43,015 nucleotides of DNA from contig NW_008246102.1 in NCBI RefSeq assembly GCF_000281045.1, positions 1 to 43,015 of the forward strand. The letters are read 5' to 3'. Positions 10,517-20,467 of the stretch are shown here, piece by piece (position 1 is the stretch's first letter; each line of letters opens with the position of its first letter). The position numbers and the translations under genes were made by a program. Under the pieces are notes generated by a model. It searched no databases. It had not been told where the DNA came from and saw nothing but the letters and a program-made list of their open reading frames with translations. Source of the stretch: Saprolegnia diclina VS20. Lineage: Eukaryota.

Positions 10517-12685
10517 ATGGCCGGTCGGTATCCTGGGCCGATCCTGACGTCGCTGGATGGCGTCGCCGCATGGAGGACGAGCTTCCTCACATGCACCGAG
10601 ACCGACGCTCACATCAAGTACTACCTGACCAAGGACTACCTCGACCCGAGCTTGGCCGATGCGATCACGGCCGACGACATGGCCCAGATGCTCCGCGATG
10701 CCAAGGCGCTCATGCCCACGTCGCGACTCGACGACTTGCCGCCGGACGAGCGCGCGGCCGCGCTCGCGCAGCGCCGCAGTCAGTACAACGCGCACATCAA
10801 CGTCTTTAAGGAGTCGCTTCTGGGGTCGCTCCAAGCGGCCCGCGCCAAGGCCGCCGCTGCCTACTTGTCGTCGGCGATCGCGCCAGCGCTGGCGGTCGGG
10901 AACCGGTCGGATCCGTACAAGCTTTGGCAGCGCTTACAGCGTCCTGCGTCCAGCGGCGACGTGATGGCCTTGTTGCAGGGCGTGCTCGACCTCTCATGCG
11001 AGCCGGCCTCGGGTGCGGCCTTCTTCACCTCGTTCGAAGCCGCCATGGCACCGCTCACGGCCGCGCTCTTGGACCACGAGCCAACGATCCAAGCGATCGA
11101 CGGGATCGAGTTCGACCCGGTCGCGGAGCCGTGGTTCGAGGCCTACCGGGCACACGTCGCCGACAAGGTCCAGGCGACGCTGCTCGCGACGCTCTTTGCG
11201 CCCGAGCTCAACCTGCAGTTTCGTGCGTGGAGCAAGATGAAGCTCGAGTATCGCTTCCTCCGCCAGCGCGTCGAGAACTACCTCCGCGATCTGCCACCCG
11301 GCGCGACGCTCAAGCGCAAGCAGCCAACCGCGGTCACCCCATCGCAGGCCAAGAAGCCCAAACCCGCCAACTCGAACGATGACGACGCTGTCGACGTCAA
11401 GATGGAACCAAGCACCGAAGCACCGGTGGCGCCAACACCCACCAACATGATGTCGTTCGCAGAGTACCACAAGCGCCGGACGACAGCTTCCAGTCCGCCC
11501 CGTCCTTCGCCATTAGTGCACGCTGCTCAACCTCCCGCAAGTAGCAACCACGGCCGGTCCGAACCGCCTGCGCATGAAGCCGCGCCGAGCGCCGCCAGCT
11601 TCCTGAGTAGTCTCGACCACCTCCTCGACGAGTCGCGACCGGTCCGGGCTTCGCGCTGGGACACGCAAAGCGACGAGCAATCGAGCTACTACCACGAAGA
11701 AGCCAGCTACATGAACCAGCCGCTGTCATCGCCTCGGCCCGGCGCGCGGCGTGTGGTCGCGTACACCGAGACGCCGGTCGAGCGCAAGTGTCTGCCGCAC
11801 GAAGACAAGTACGCTCTGCAAGAGATCCCCGTGGGGTCGACGTGCGACTATTGCTACTCGTCCAAGCACGCGCTCGCGCAGTGCCCGGCGCTCATCGGCG
11901 ACTTGCGCCGCCACCGCGTCCGCGCCAACTTTGTCGTGCCACCGGGCCTCGTGTGCCCGTACTGCGCGCTCTTCGACGACGTCTATGCCCACGCGACCGC
12001 CGACTGCACGCGCCTCGGGGCCGACACGGCCCGCGGCAAAGTCCATCCGAGCTATCGCGCCGTGGCGATTCGCCCGTCGCAGGTCCGCGGCTGCCTCTAC
12101 TGCGGCGCCGACAACCACATGCTCACCCGATGCTTCAAGCTGCTCCAAGACATGCGATTCAAGCGCGTGCGCTCCGACTTTGTGGTGCCCGTCGGGTTTC
12201 TCTGCAGCTACTGCCTCCTCTTTGAGCACTACTACACGCACGACGAGTCGGTGTGCAAGAAGCTCAAGGACGCGCTCGTCGCCGGCAAGGTACACAAGGA
12301 CTTTGTGCTGCCACCCGGCAAGTCGATGCCGAAAGTCCCAGGGCGTGTTGTGAGCAGCGCGCCGTCGCTGGGGCCGCCGCTACCGAGGGACCCGCTCGGC
12401 CGCCCGGACGCCATGTGCGCCTACTGCGGCGCGACCTCGCATACCGCCAACAAGTGCCCGATCCTGTTGGGCGACGTCCGCAACCACCGCGTCCGGAACG
12501 GCTTTGTCGTGCCACCCGAGTACGTCTGCGCCTACTGCCACTTGGTGCAGGCCAAAGTCTCCTTTCACAGTGTGAGCGACTGCCCGGGCCTGCGCAACGA
12601 CATGCTGCACCGGTGCGTCGACGCGCGGTACGTGCATCCCGACAACACGCCGTGGCCGACAGTGCAGTCGCATCGATCGTGGTAG
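10517..12685 (+). CDS. Copia-Gag-like N-terminal domain, low-complexity/basic linker and six CCHC-type Zn knuckles; candidate domesticated Gag, intronless, 722 aa
   Basis: Intact ORF with host-like GC-ending codons. Gag-like blocks: PILTSLDGVAAWR, KAAAAYLSSAIAPAL, DPYKLWQRLQ, FFTSFEAAM, DKVQATLLATL. Knuckles: CDYCYSSKHALAQC, CPYC-X8-HATADC, CLYCGADNHMLTRC, CSYC-X8-HDESVC, CAYCGATSHTANKC, CAYC-X9-HSVSDC. Confidence 0.75.
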   Translation: MAGRYPGPILTSLDGVAAWRTSFLTCTETDAHIKYYLTKDYLDPSLADAITADDMAQMLRDAKALMPTSRLDDLPPDERAAALAQRRSQYNAHINVFKESLLGSLQAARAKAAAAYLSSAIAPALAVGNRSDPYKLWQRLQRPASSGDVMALLQGVLDLSCEPASGAAFFTSFEAAMAPLTAALLDHEPTIQAIDGIEFDPVAEPWFEAYRAHVADKVQATLLATLFAPELNLQFRAWSKMKLEYRFLRQRVENYLRDLPPGATLKRKQPTAVTPSQAKKPKPANSNDDDAVDVKMEPSTEAPVAPTPTNMMSFAEYHKRRTTASSPPRPSPLVHAAQPPASSNHGRSEPPAHEAAPSAASFLSSLDHLLDESRPVRASRWDTQSDEQSSYYHEEASYMNQPLSSPRPGARRVVAYTETPVERKCLPHEDKYALQEIPVGSTCDYCYSSKHALAQCPALIGDLRRHRVRANFVVPPGLVCPYCALFDDVYAHATADCTRLGADTARGKVHPSYRAVAIRPSQVRGCLYCGADNHMLTRCFKLLQDMRFKRVRSDFVVPVGFLCSYCLLFEHYYTHDESVCKKLKDALVAGKVHKDFVLPPGKSMPKVPGRVVSSAPSLGPPLPRDPLGRPDAMCAYCGATSHTANKCPILLGDVRNHRVRNGFVVPPEYVCAYCHLVQAKVSFHSVSDCPGLRNDMLHRCVDARYVHPDNTPWPTVQSHRSW

Positions 12686-12909
12686 CACCGAGTAGAATAT
12701 CGTCGATAAGAGTGAACTGTTAGCCGGGTTTGCATCTAGTTGCAGATGGGCCGGGCGTTGCAACCGGTTCAGGCGGTTGACTGCAAATAGACGTCGGCGT
12801 AACCACCGACCAGTTGTAGTACGGGATTCGATCGACCGTCGGCACGATAGCGCTCCCTCGAGTCAAGTTTGACGCCGCCGGCGACGACGACCTCGCGTCT
12901 CCTCCCAAG

Positions 12910-13530
12910 ATGGTCAGTCGCCAGCCGCCGCCCAAACCCAAGCGCACCACGTACCACGACGAGACCGACGCCGACACGTTCGAGTCGGACGACAGCTACT
13001 CGGCGCCTGTGGCTCCGCGCCGGGGCCGCAACCACCGCGCGACGTCGCAGTCGCCGCCCTCGTCGCCCGTGAGCAACCGCCCGGCGGTCGCGCCACTCAA
13101 GACCGTCGACGGCGAGGCCGAGACGACGATCGGTGTCGCCGTGAAAATGAAGGGCGAGCTCTCGTTCGAGCGCCTACTGCGGATCGAGGGCGAGTTTGAC
13201 GGCCGGCTTATCTCCAAGGGCAGCCTCATCATCGGCGCGAAAGGCCTCTTGACCGGCCCGGTCGAGGGCATGAAGGAGGTGCTTGTCTCGGGCGGCCGCA
13301 TCATTGGCAACATCAACGTCGAGCGGCTCGTACTGCGGGACAAGGGCCAGATCTTTGGCAATGTGACTGCGAAAAGCATCCGCATCGATCCCGACTGCGT
13401 CGTGCTTGGCTCGCTCAACGTCAACCCGCACGCGCCGTCGCGGATCAACCTCAAGGGTGAGCCGGTCACCGAGGAGCCCAAGCCGCCGGCGCCAGTGACA
13501 CCGGCACCACCGACGCAACCCGTCGCGTGA
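12910..13530 (+). CDS. Bactofilin (polymer-forming cytoskeletal beta-helix protein, DUF583/CcmA family)
   Basis: ETTIGVAVKMKGELSFERLLRIEGEFDGRLISKGSLIIGAKGLLTGPVE..VLVSGGRIIGNINVERLVLRDKGQIFGNVTAKSIRIDPDCVVLGSL shows the bactofilin beta-helix pattern, with disordered Pro-rich termini. Confidence 0.9.
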   Translation: MVSRQPPPKPKRTTYHDETDADTFESDDSYSAPVAPRRGRNHRATSQSPPSSPVSNRPAVAPLKTVDGEAETTIGVAVKMKGELSFERLLRIEGEFDGRLISKGSLIIGAKGLLTGPVEGMKEVLVSGGRIIGNINVERLVLRDKGQIFGNVTAKSIRIDPDCVVLGSLNVNPHAPSRINLKGEPVTEEPKPPAPVTPAPPTQPVA

Positions 13531-14852
13531 GCCTCTCCTAGCTGTATTATAATCGCAACTTTAGCTACCCTGGTGCTATTCCTTGGCACTGCAATGAGCA
13601 AAGTCCTCGGGTTTTGCGCATCCCGAAGGAGAAAAACCTATTTTAGAATGACAAAAAGGGGTAATGTCATCCCTGTTGCTGACATGTCAAGGTGTTTAAC
13701 GTAGTTTTACCGACCTGTATGGGTTTATACCAGGTGCGTACCGGCTTGGGCGGGACGCCGCGTCGATCAGTCTCACGGCCATCGTCACGAGCTGGCGCGT
13801 CCACGCGTCGAGCGTAATAGCGAGAATCTTTGGGATGGTGGCTCGACACCCAAGTTTGCTGCTTGAACGCTAATCATAGCACAGGCAGTTTGAGAGAATG
13901 GGCAATTTCCTTGATGGGACGAGTACTGCCTGCCCGTGAAGGACTCATGAAGACGAATAGGTAGCAGCGTCGAGCGTCTTGCTTGAGCGGGGTCTGCGCG
14001 TCGATGGCTCTGACGTGGCAGCACGAGTCGCGATCACATGGACCAATCACATGCTGGGAAGCACCTCCCGCCAACCCAAACTGACCAATCAGCTTCGATG
14101 ACACCAACTTGAGGTCGCAACCAAGAACTGAGACCTGAGACCCGAGACCGAAGCAAGACCATCGTTGGAAGCACCCTCGACATCGTCCGTAGCAGTAAGC
14201 GCTTGCAACGCGCTGCATCAGAGTCCTCTGCTGTCGGTTCTTCGTCACCCGCGTGTCGCAACGCCCGTTCGAGACGCCCATCGTTCGTCTCTGCACTCTG
14301 AAAGCGGGGACTCGCTCGCCCAAACGATTCCGCTTCTGCGAACTCTTAGGTGATGCGGCTCAAACGGCTGCCATTAGCTGCTGCACGTGGCGGTGCCAGC
14401 CGCGTTGTGTCCTTCTTGACCCTTCATGCACATAGGCGTCCATCATTCGCCACCACAGCGGCAATCTGCACGAGCGACATCAGCTGACGCGCCTGCACGG
14501 ACGAGTACCTTGATGACGGGCTTGGCTACTGGTAGCTACTAGTACTGCCGGAAGGCTGATATGTCGTACGTGCGACTAAGGTTCGACTAGAGTTTATCGT
14601 TGCACGAACGCTAATCAGTCGGTGGCTCGTGATGGCGCCGAGGGTATCATGGCGACCCCGATCTTTGGCGCCCGTTCGACGGGTGCCCGGCTAAGTGCGC
14701 CTCCGAGTCCGCACTTAGGTGTTTTCGGAAAGCATTGCGAAGCGCAGTTCCAAATTTACCTCGGCCCGACCAAGTCGCTGTCTCGCGCCGTGTCGCACGT
14801 GACCGCCGCCTGTACCTCTGCCGACCGCGCTTTGGACCGCTGCCTTGCCCGC

Positions 14853-16393
14853 ATGAGCGATATCGCCATGGAGACGCCGGGTACGACGGCTAATGACGTC
14901 GACGCGACGCCCACGAAGGCGTCGGCGCGATCTTTGTCGCTGGTCGTATCATCGCCGCGCAACGACATTGCGCAGACGCCGGGCCGCACCGCGGTGCGCC
15001 TTCTTAACTTTTCGCGCCGGCCGCAGCAGGCCAAGCAGCCGTACGACGCGCCCGTCTCGACGCTGCTGCGCGCGCGCGGCGTCAAGCTCTCGCCGCGACC
15101 GCTCTCGCCCGGCCACGAGACCATCCCGCTCGACGTGCGATGGAAGAAGCGCGCCCGGTCGAGCTCCAAAGGCCTCGTCGACGCGACCGGGCCGAAGAAA
15201 TCGAAATGCTCGCCGCCGCCTGTCGCGCTCACGTACCCGTCGCGCGTGAAGGGAAAAGCCAAGATGTCAACCGCGATCGACGCGGCGATCCGAAGCTTCC
15301 AGCGCGACCAGCTCAAGACGACGACGTACTACCACGCGCCGACGTGCCATGTCGTCGTCTCGCGAACGCAGGGCACGCGGCCGTACATGGAGGACGAACA
15401 CGTGGTGCAGAAACAGGTGTTTGAGGACTCGGGCGCGAGCGCCTTTGGCATCTTTGACGGGCACAACGGCGGGTGGGCGGCCGAGTTTGCCTCGACGCGC
15501 CTCGTCGAGCTCGTGAGCGCACACGACGGCCTGCACGCGATCGCGTCGCGCTACGCACCGCTCTCAATAGCTGCCGACGTACCGGTTGACGTGTCCGAGG
15601 CCGACGTTCACGCTGTCTACGAGGGCCTCACCGAGGTCTTCCTCTCGCTCGACAACGAGATTCTCACGCAGACCATCGCACGCAAGCAGCGCGACGGCGC
15701 GACCGGGCTGCTGCTCTTGGTGCTGGGACCACATGTCTTCTGCGCCAATGTGGGGGATACGCGGGCCGTCCGGGGCACGTGGTCCAAGGCCGACGACAGC
15801 GTCTCCACGGACCGCGTCTCGCTCGACCACAAGCCGACGCTCGAGGCGGAGACAGCGCGCATCGTCGCCGCTGGGGGGCAGGTGGCGTCCTTTCATGACC
15901 TCTTGTCTCCGATGTAGCACTCAGGCCTCGCTGCAGGTGATCTTCTCGGGCTGCTGGCGCGTTGCCCATGAAAAGGTCGGCCTCCGACTCGCAGTCAGTC
16001 GGTCGTTTGGCGACCACCCGCTCAAGCTGCAGCTCCCGTCGTCCTGCACGGCGCCGCTCGTCTCGTGCGTGCCGAGTGTGCGCCACTTCCGCATCGACGC
16101 AGAGTCGGCCTCGGACTTTGTCGTCCTCGCCAGGTACGACGCCTGTCGGTTCGAAGGGCTCACGGACGACGTGTAGCGACGGGCTCTGGGATCGGCTTGA
16201 CGACGACGAAGCGGTCGCGACGGTGCAGACAGCGCTGGCGCAGGCGGCGGCCGGCGAGGGCGGCTTGAAGGACCGACTCAAGGCGGCCGCCAACGCGCTC
16301 ATCCAGTCGGCGCTCGAGCGCAAGAGCTACGACAACATAACGACGCTCCTCGTGGTGCTCAAGGCGCCGTCCGTCGTCGCGTTGACGTCCTAA
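14853..16393 (+). CDS. Protein phosphatase 2C with a long basic disordered N-terminus; exons 14853-15881, 15937-16133, 16177-16393
   Basis: QGTRPYMEDE, FGIFDGHNG, DGAT, ANVGDTRAV, SLDHKP, LAVSRSFGD, LAS|DGLWD and SYDNIT are all present, and two GT-AG introns restore the frame. Confidence 0.93.
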
Positions 16394-16486
16394 GTTATAT
16401 ACCATTATATATACATACATCCTCCGACAACCCTAACCGTTGGCAATTTTATATTATGTTGTCTACTAGTGCTACAGGAGGGTTTG

Positions 16487-18653
16487 CTAGGCGGTTAAAG
16501 GCTCCGCCTCGTCGTCGGAGGCCACGACGTCGGTGCGCCGGAGGAACTCGAGCCGCGTCGCGCCTTCGGTCGTGACGGCCGTCGGGTTGATGAGCGCGTC
16601 ATCTTCGTCGTCGTCGTCGCTCCAGGCGTCCGGTGCGACGACGACCGGCGGTGGAGGCGGGAGCGACTCCCACCCACGGCCCACGGGCAGCTGCACGTTG
16701 CGCTCGACGATGACGCGCGCGCGGCGCACGCGGGGCTTTTCTGGCTTGGGTCCTTGGAGAAACTGCGAGAGCGTCACCGGGGGCACGGCCGACGTCGGCG
16801 TCTTGATGAGCGAGATGAACCGGCGCGGCTCGACGTCCCGGGACACCGACTGCAGCTGGTAAAACACAGCGAGTTCATGCATCATGCGCCGGTGGTCGCG
16901 GGGCATGGCCTTGAGGTGGAGGCTGAAGCTCGAGCGGTCCGCGAGCATGGCTTCAATCTGGCGCTCGATCGTGCAGAGCGTCCGGAACTTGGTGCGCCCC
17001 CACTCTTGGAGCTCGGCCGAGTACTTGGGGCCGAGTTCGGTTGCGAGTGCGTCGGGCGTCGTCGACGCCGGTCGTCCAAAGGCCGTCGCCAGCGCCTGAT
17101 TCCGCTGCAAAAGCGCGGTCGCGATTGTCTGCCGCGGTACGACCGGCGTCGGTGCCGGGGTTGGCGTCCGCGTCGGCGCAATCGCCGGTGCCGGCAGCGG
17201 CGCCAACGGTGCTGTTGCCGTCGGCAGCGCCGGAAAGGCTTCGCGCGCGACCGCCGGTGTGTGGTGCGCCGCTCGCTCATAGTCCCAGACGTCGCTATGG
17301 ACTTCGCTCGGCAGCTCCATCGGGCGACCGGCAAACTGCGCGAGGAAGCGCGTGTCGTCGCCGTGCAAGCCAAACACGTGGTTCTGGTACTCGAGCTCGT
17401 CGTTAAATACCACAAAGCGGTTGCCGAGACTAGAAACCAGACCTGAGATTCCAGATTCTGGTCACCAATCAACACGTACCACGTGGGGTGTTCGCAGAGG
17501 TGGTGCTGCTTGCGAAAGTGCGACTCGAGGCCAATGCTACATCGCGTCTCAGAGCCAGATTCGACAAAGATGGGACGTACTAGTTGCGGTAGTAGCGGTG
17601 GCCGGCGTTGCAGAGGTGGCACTTGAAGTGGTCCTGCTCGAGGTGCGTATGCAGCTCGACGTCCGAGTAGAAGCGACGGAGGCAAAACTCGCAGTTCGGG
17701 TGGTACTCGCGGAACTTCTGCGTCGAGTGCTGCCGGTTGATCTGCGAGTTGTGGGCCTTGAGCTGGCCCTTCGTGTACAGCGGCTGCTCGTAGGCAAAGA
17801 AATGCTGGTGCGAGAGGCAGAGCTCGCAGAACGACAGCTTGTGCGCGCTGTGCATGTGGGCCGCAAACTCTTCCGGTGTCTTGAAGACCTTGGCGTGGCA
17901 GTGGCGACACTGCAGCGTACGCAGTGCCACAAGCTCCGCGTGATGGTCGTCGCACTGGCTGAAGAACATCTCGGCCTTCTCGTCCAGCGTGACGCCCGGA
18001 CCGCCCGTCTCGCCCCAGATGCCAAAGCTCGCGTACGGCGCGACGACCTTGGTCACGATGACGCGGTCGTTGGTTTGCTTGCAGATCGGGCACTGCTTGT
18101 CCTTCATGAGGAGGCGCATGCGCATCGAGCACAACGAGCAGATGCCCGCATGGTTGCACTCGCCGATCGCGTGGTACGTGAACGGCTCGGCGCATACGAG
18201 GCAGCACTCGTCCTCGCCGTCGTCGTCGTTCGTCATCGTCGTCGTTGCGGTGGCCGTCGTCGGCGCCGGTGCGGCCACGGGCGCCTTGGCCTTGGCTCTG
18301 GACTTGCGCGACCGGGATTTTTTCTTGGCCTCGGACGGCGCCGCCTCGGCGGTCGCCGCCGGCGCTGGTATCGGCGTCGGATTCGTCGGCCCCGTACTCG
18401 CCTTGGGCTGGCGCTGCTTCCGCGCCGGCTTGGGCTCGTTCTTGGCCTCGTTCTTGGCCTCTTGCTTGGCCGCCGGGGGGCTACCTGCAGCTCGGGGCTT
18501 GCGCGTCCGCTTGTTCCGGGCGGGGTCGGCCGCGCGGCCGGACGTCGCCTGCGAGGGTGACGTGGTCGTGGGCGTGAAGGACTGGGCGGAGGCGCGGAGG
18601 AGGTTGGTCGTGACGGCCGCGGGGGTCATCCGCACGGTCGATCCAGTAGCCAT
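16487..18653 (-). CDS. ZNF598: ZNF598/Hel2-type RING E3 ligase with C2H2 fingers and a C-terminal R3H domain; exons 18653-17581, 17536-17480, 17429-16487
   Basis: CLVCAEPFTYHAIGECNHAGICSLCSMRMRLL..CPICK; C2H2 array including HPNCEFCLRRFYSDVELHTHLEQDHFKCHLC and YYRNY..LESHFRKQHHLCEHPTC..RFVVF; R3H-like LKAMPRDHRRMMHELAVFYQLQSVSRDVEPRR. Confidence 0.88.
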
Positions 18654-19367
18654 TATTGCTCGAAGGAAATGATGTTGTGCTGGCCACGGTGCTGTGCGTA
18701 CTAAAATGCACGAAATTTTATTCTATCTCGATCGTTGTATCCAAATGAAAATAAATACAGACGACGGTTTAGCGCGTTTAACGTCATTAAACCATCACTC
18801 TCCGCCACCAACATTGCGACTCCGACGCCACCAACTGAAGAGGCAGAGAACTTTCCCTCGGAAGTTGACACGATGCGACGACGACCACGCGCCTGGACGC
18901 AAGGACAATATTCTTGTGGTTCTCGTACACAGCAGTGCGAGAGTGCTGGCGGACGGCGCGAGGACCAGCCGCTGCCGCACCAGGTTCTAGAAGCTGTTCT
19001 AGAGACGCCGGCTCCTTTCTGGTGGCATGATCTGGTGATACAACCGCTGCATCGCACCAGACGAGTGATATTAGGCTAGCTCTGTCTAACGTAGTCAGTC
19101 GGTTTGCAGCAATGGAATGTACTAAGCTTTGATCCTTGGTACCGGCAGTTTGTTTGTAGGATATTCCCTTGCATGTCGTGGCAGCACCGTCATTGATGAC
19201 GCGAAAAACGCGTTTTTCAAGAAAAACCTCATGTGGCAGCGCGTGGTTGGCTGGAACCGCCTAGACTTCAAACCGGTTGCAACCGGCTACTTTGTTTTGG
19301 CCGGTTGAGAAAAAACCGGTTTTCAGCTCGGTTGGCCCATTCTGGGACGCGGGTGGCAGGTGGCAGG

Positions 19368-20213
19368 ATGGCGGAGCGGTGCAAGTACGAGGTGCTGGGG
19401 CTACCGCCCCTCGCGGACGAGGATGCGATCAAGAAGGCCTTCCGCAAGATGTCGCTCAAGCACCACCCGGACAAGGGCGGCGACCCGGAGAAGTTCCACG
19501 AGCTCCAGCTCGCGAGTCAGTTCCTCCTCGACCCGGCCAACAAGCGCAAGTACGACAAGGAGCTCAGCAACATTTCGCTCGCGGCCAAGCAGCGCGACGA
19601 GCGCAAGAATGCCATGAACGAAGCGCGCAAGCGGGCATACGAGGACCTGCAGCGGCGCGAAGACATGGCTGAGAAGGTCGCCAAAAAGCCCAAGCACGCG
19701 ATGGACGCGCTGCGCGAGGACGCCCGCCGGCGCGCCGACGAGATCGCGGCCAAGCGCGCGCGGGACGCTGCCGAGCGCGCCGCGACCATCGGCCGCCCAG
19801 CAACGACCATTGCTGACGTCAAGCAGCGCTCAATCCGCGTCAAGTGGAGCAACCGTGTGGCGTCGCACTCGGACCAGACGCTCGTCAACACATTCCGCAA
19901 GTACGGCGAGATCGAAGCCGTCAAGGTCAAGACTAATTCGGCGACGCTCGTCTTTGCCGAGATGACGGCGGCGCTCTCGGCAGCCCGCGCCGAGGGCCAC
20001 AACACCGGTCTCTGGAAGGAGGTGACGCTGGTCGGCCACGCGATCCCGATGGCGAGTCCGTCAGCGTCGCCTGAGAGCGCGGCCACGTACGCTGGCACTC
20101 AGATCGACATGGATCTCGTCGCGAGTGCCGAGTACGATCTTATGGAAGCGTCCGTCATGGCGTATCTCGTGCAGCTGACGGGCCACGCCAACGTCGCCGA
20201 CTTGTTGCGATAG
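19368..20213 (+). CDS. DNAJC17: J-domain + RRM protein (DNAJC17/Cwf23-like)
   Basis: YEVLGL..IKKAFRKMSLKHHPDKGGDPEKF..LLDPANKRKYD, then a coiled coil, then RRM-like SIRVKW..LVNTFRKYGEIEAV..ATLVFA. Confidence 0.8.
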   Translation: MAERCKYEVLGLPPLADEDAIKKAFRKMSLKHHPDKGGDPEKFHELQLASQFLLDPANKRKYDKELSNISLAAKQRDERKNAMNEARKRAYEDLQRREDMAEKVAKKPKHAMDALREDARRRADEIAAKRARDAAERAATIGRPATTIADVKQRSIRVKWSNRVASHSDQTLVNTFRKYGEIEAVKVKTNSATLVFAEMTAALSAARAEGHNTGLWKEVTLVGHAIPMASPSASPESAATYAGTQIDMDLVASAEYDLMEASVMAYLVQLTGHANVADLLR

Positions 20214-20467
20214 AGACGTCGACGAGTAGAAGAACACGACGCTGAATGTAATATATCTATCGAGTATGACACAGGATCTTCGTTGGCCCGTGTATCGCCG
20301 AGTCTGTCGGCCCCCGGATCCCACCCTATTTCGCCTTCCGAGTTGAAAAATTGATATTGTTTCAAGTTGGCTGCCTAAAGCCCGACGCTGGCTGGCAAAA
20401 TGCAAATTCCGTTTGACAAAATGCGAAAGGTCGCGCTGCTTGGCCGCGAAACGCTCACGATCCTGAG

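Noticed and set aside
10230..12900. Intact LTR retrotransposon
   Set aside because: No pol domains, LTR pair or room for them between the neighbouring genes.
12910..13530. Bacterial contamination as the source of the bactofilin gene
   Set aside because: Contiguous with intron-containing genes and shares their composition.
13600..14800. Short ORFs and two CCAAT boxes in the bactofilin-PP2C spacer
   Set aside because: No coherent coding signal or recognisable RNA gene.
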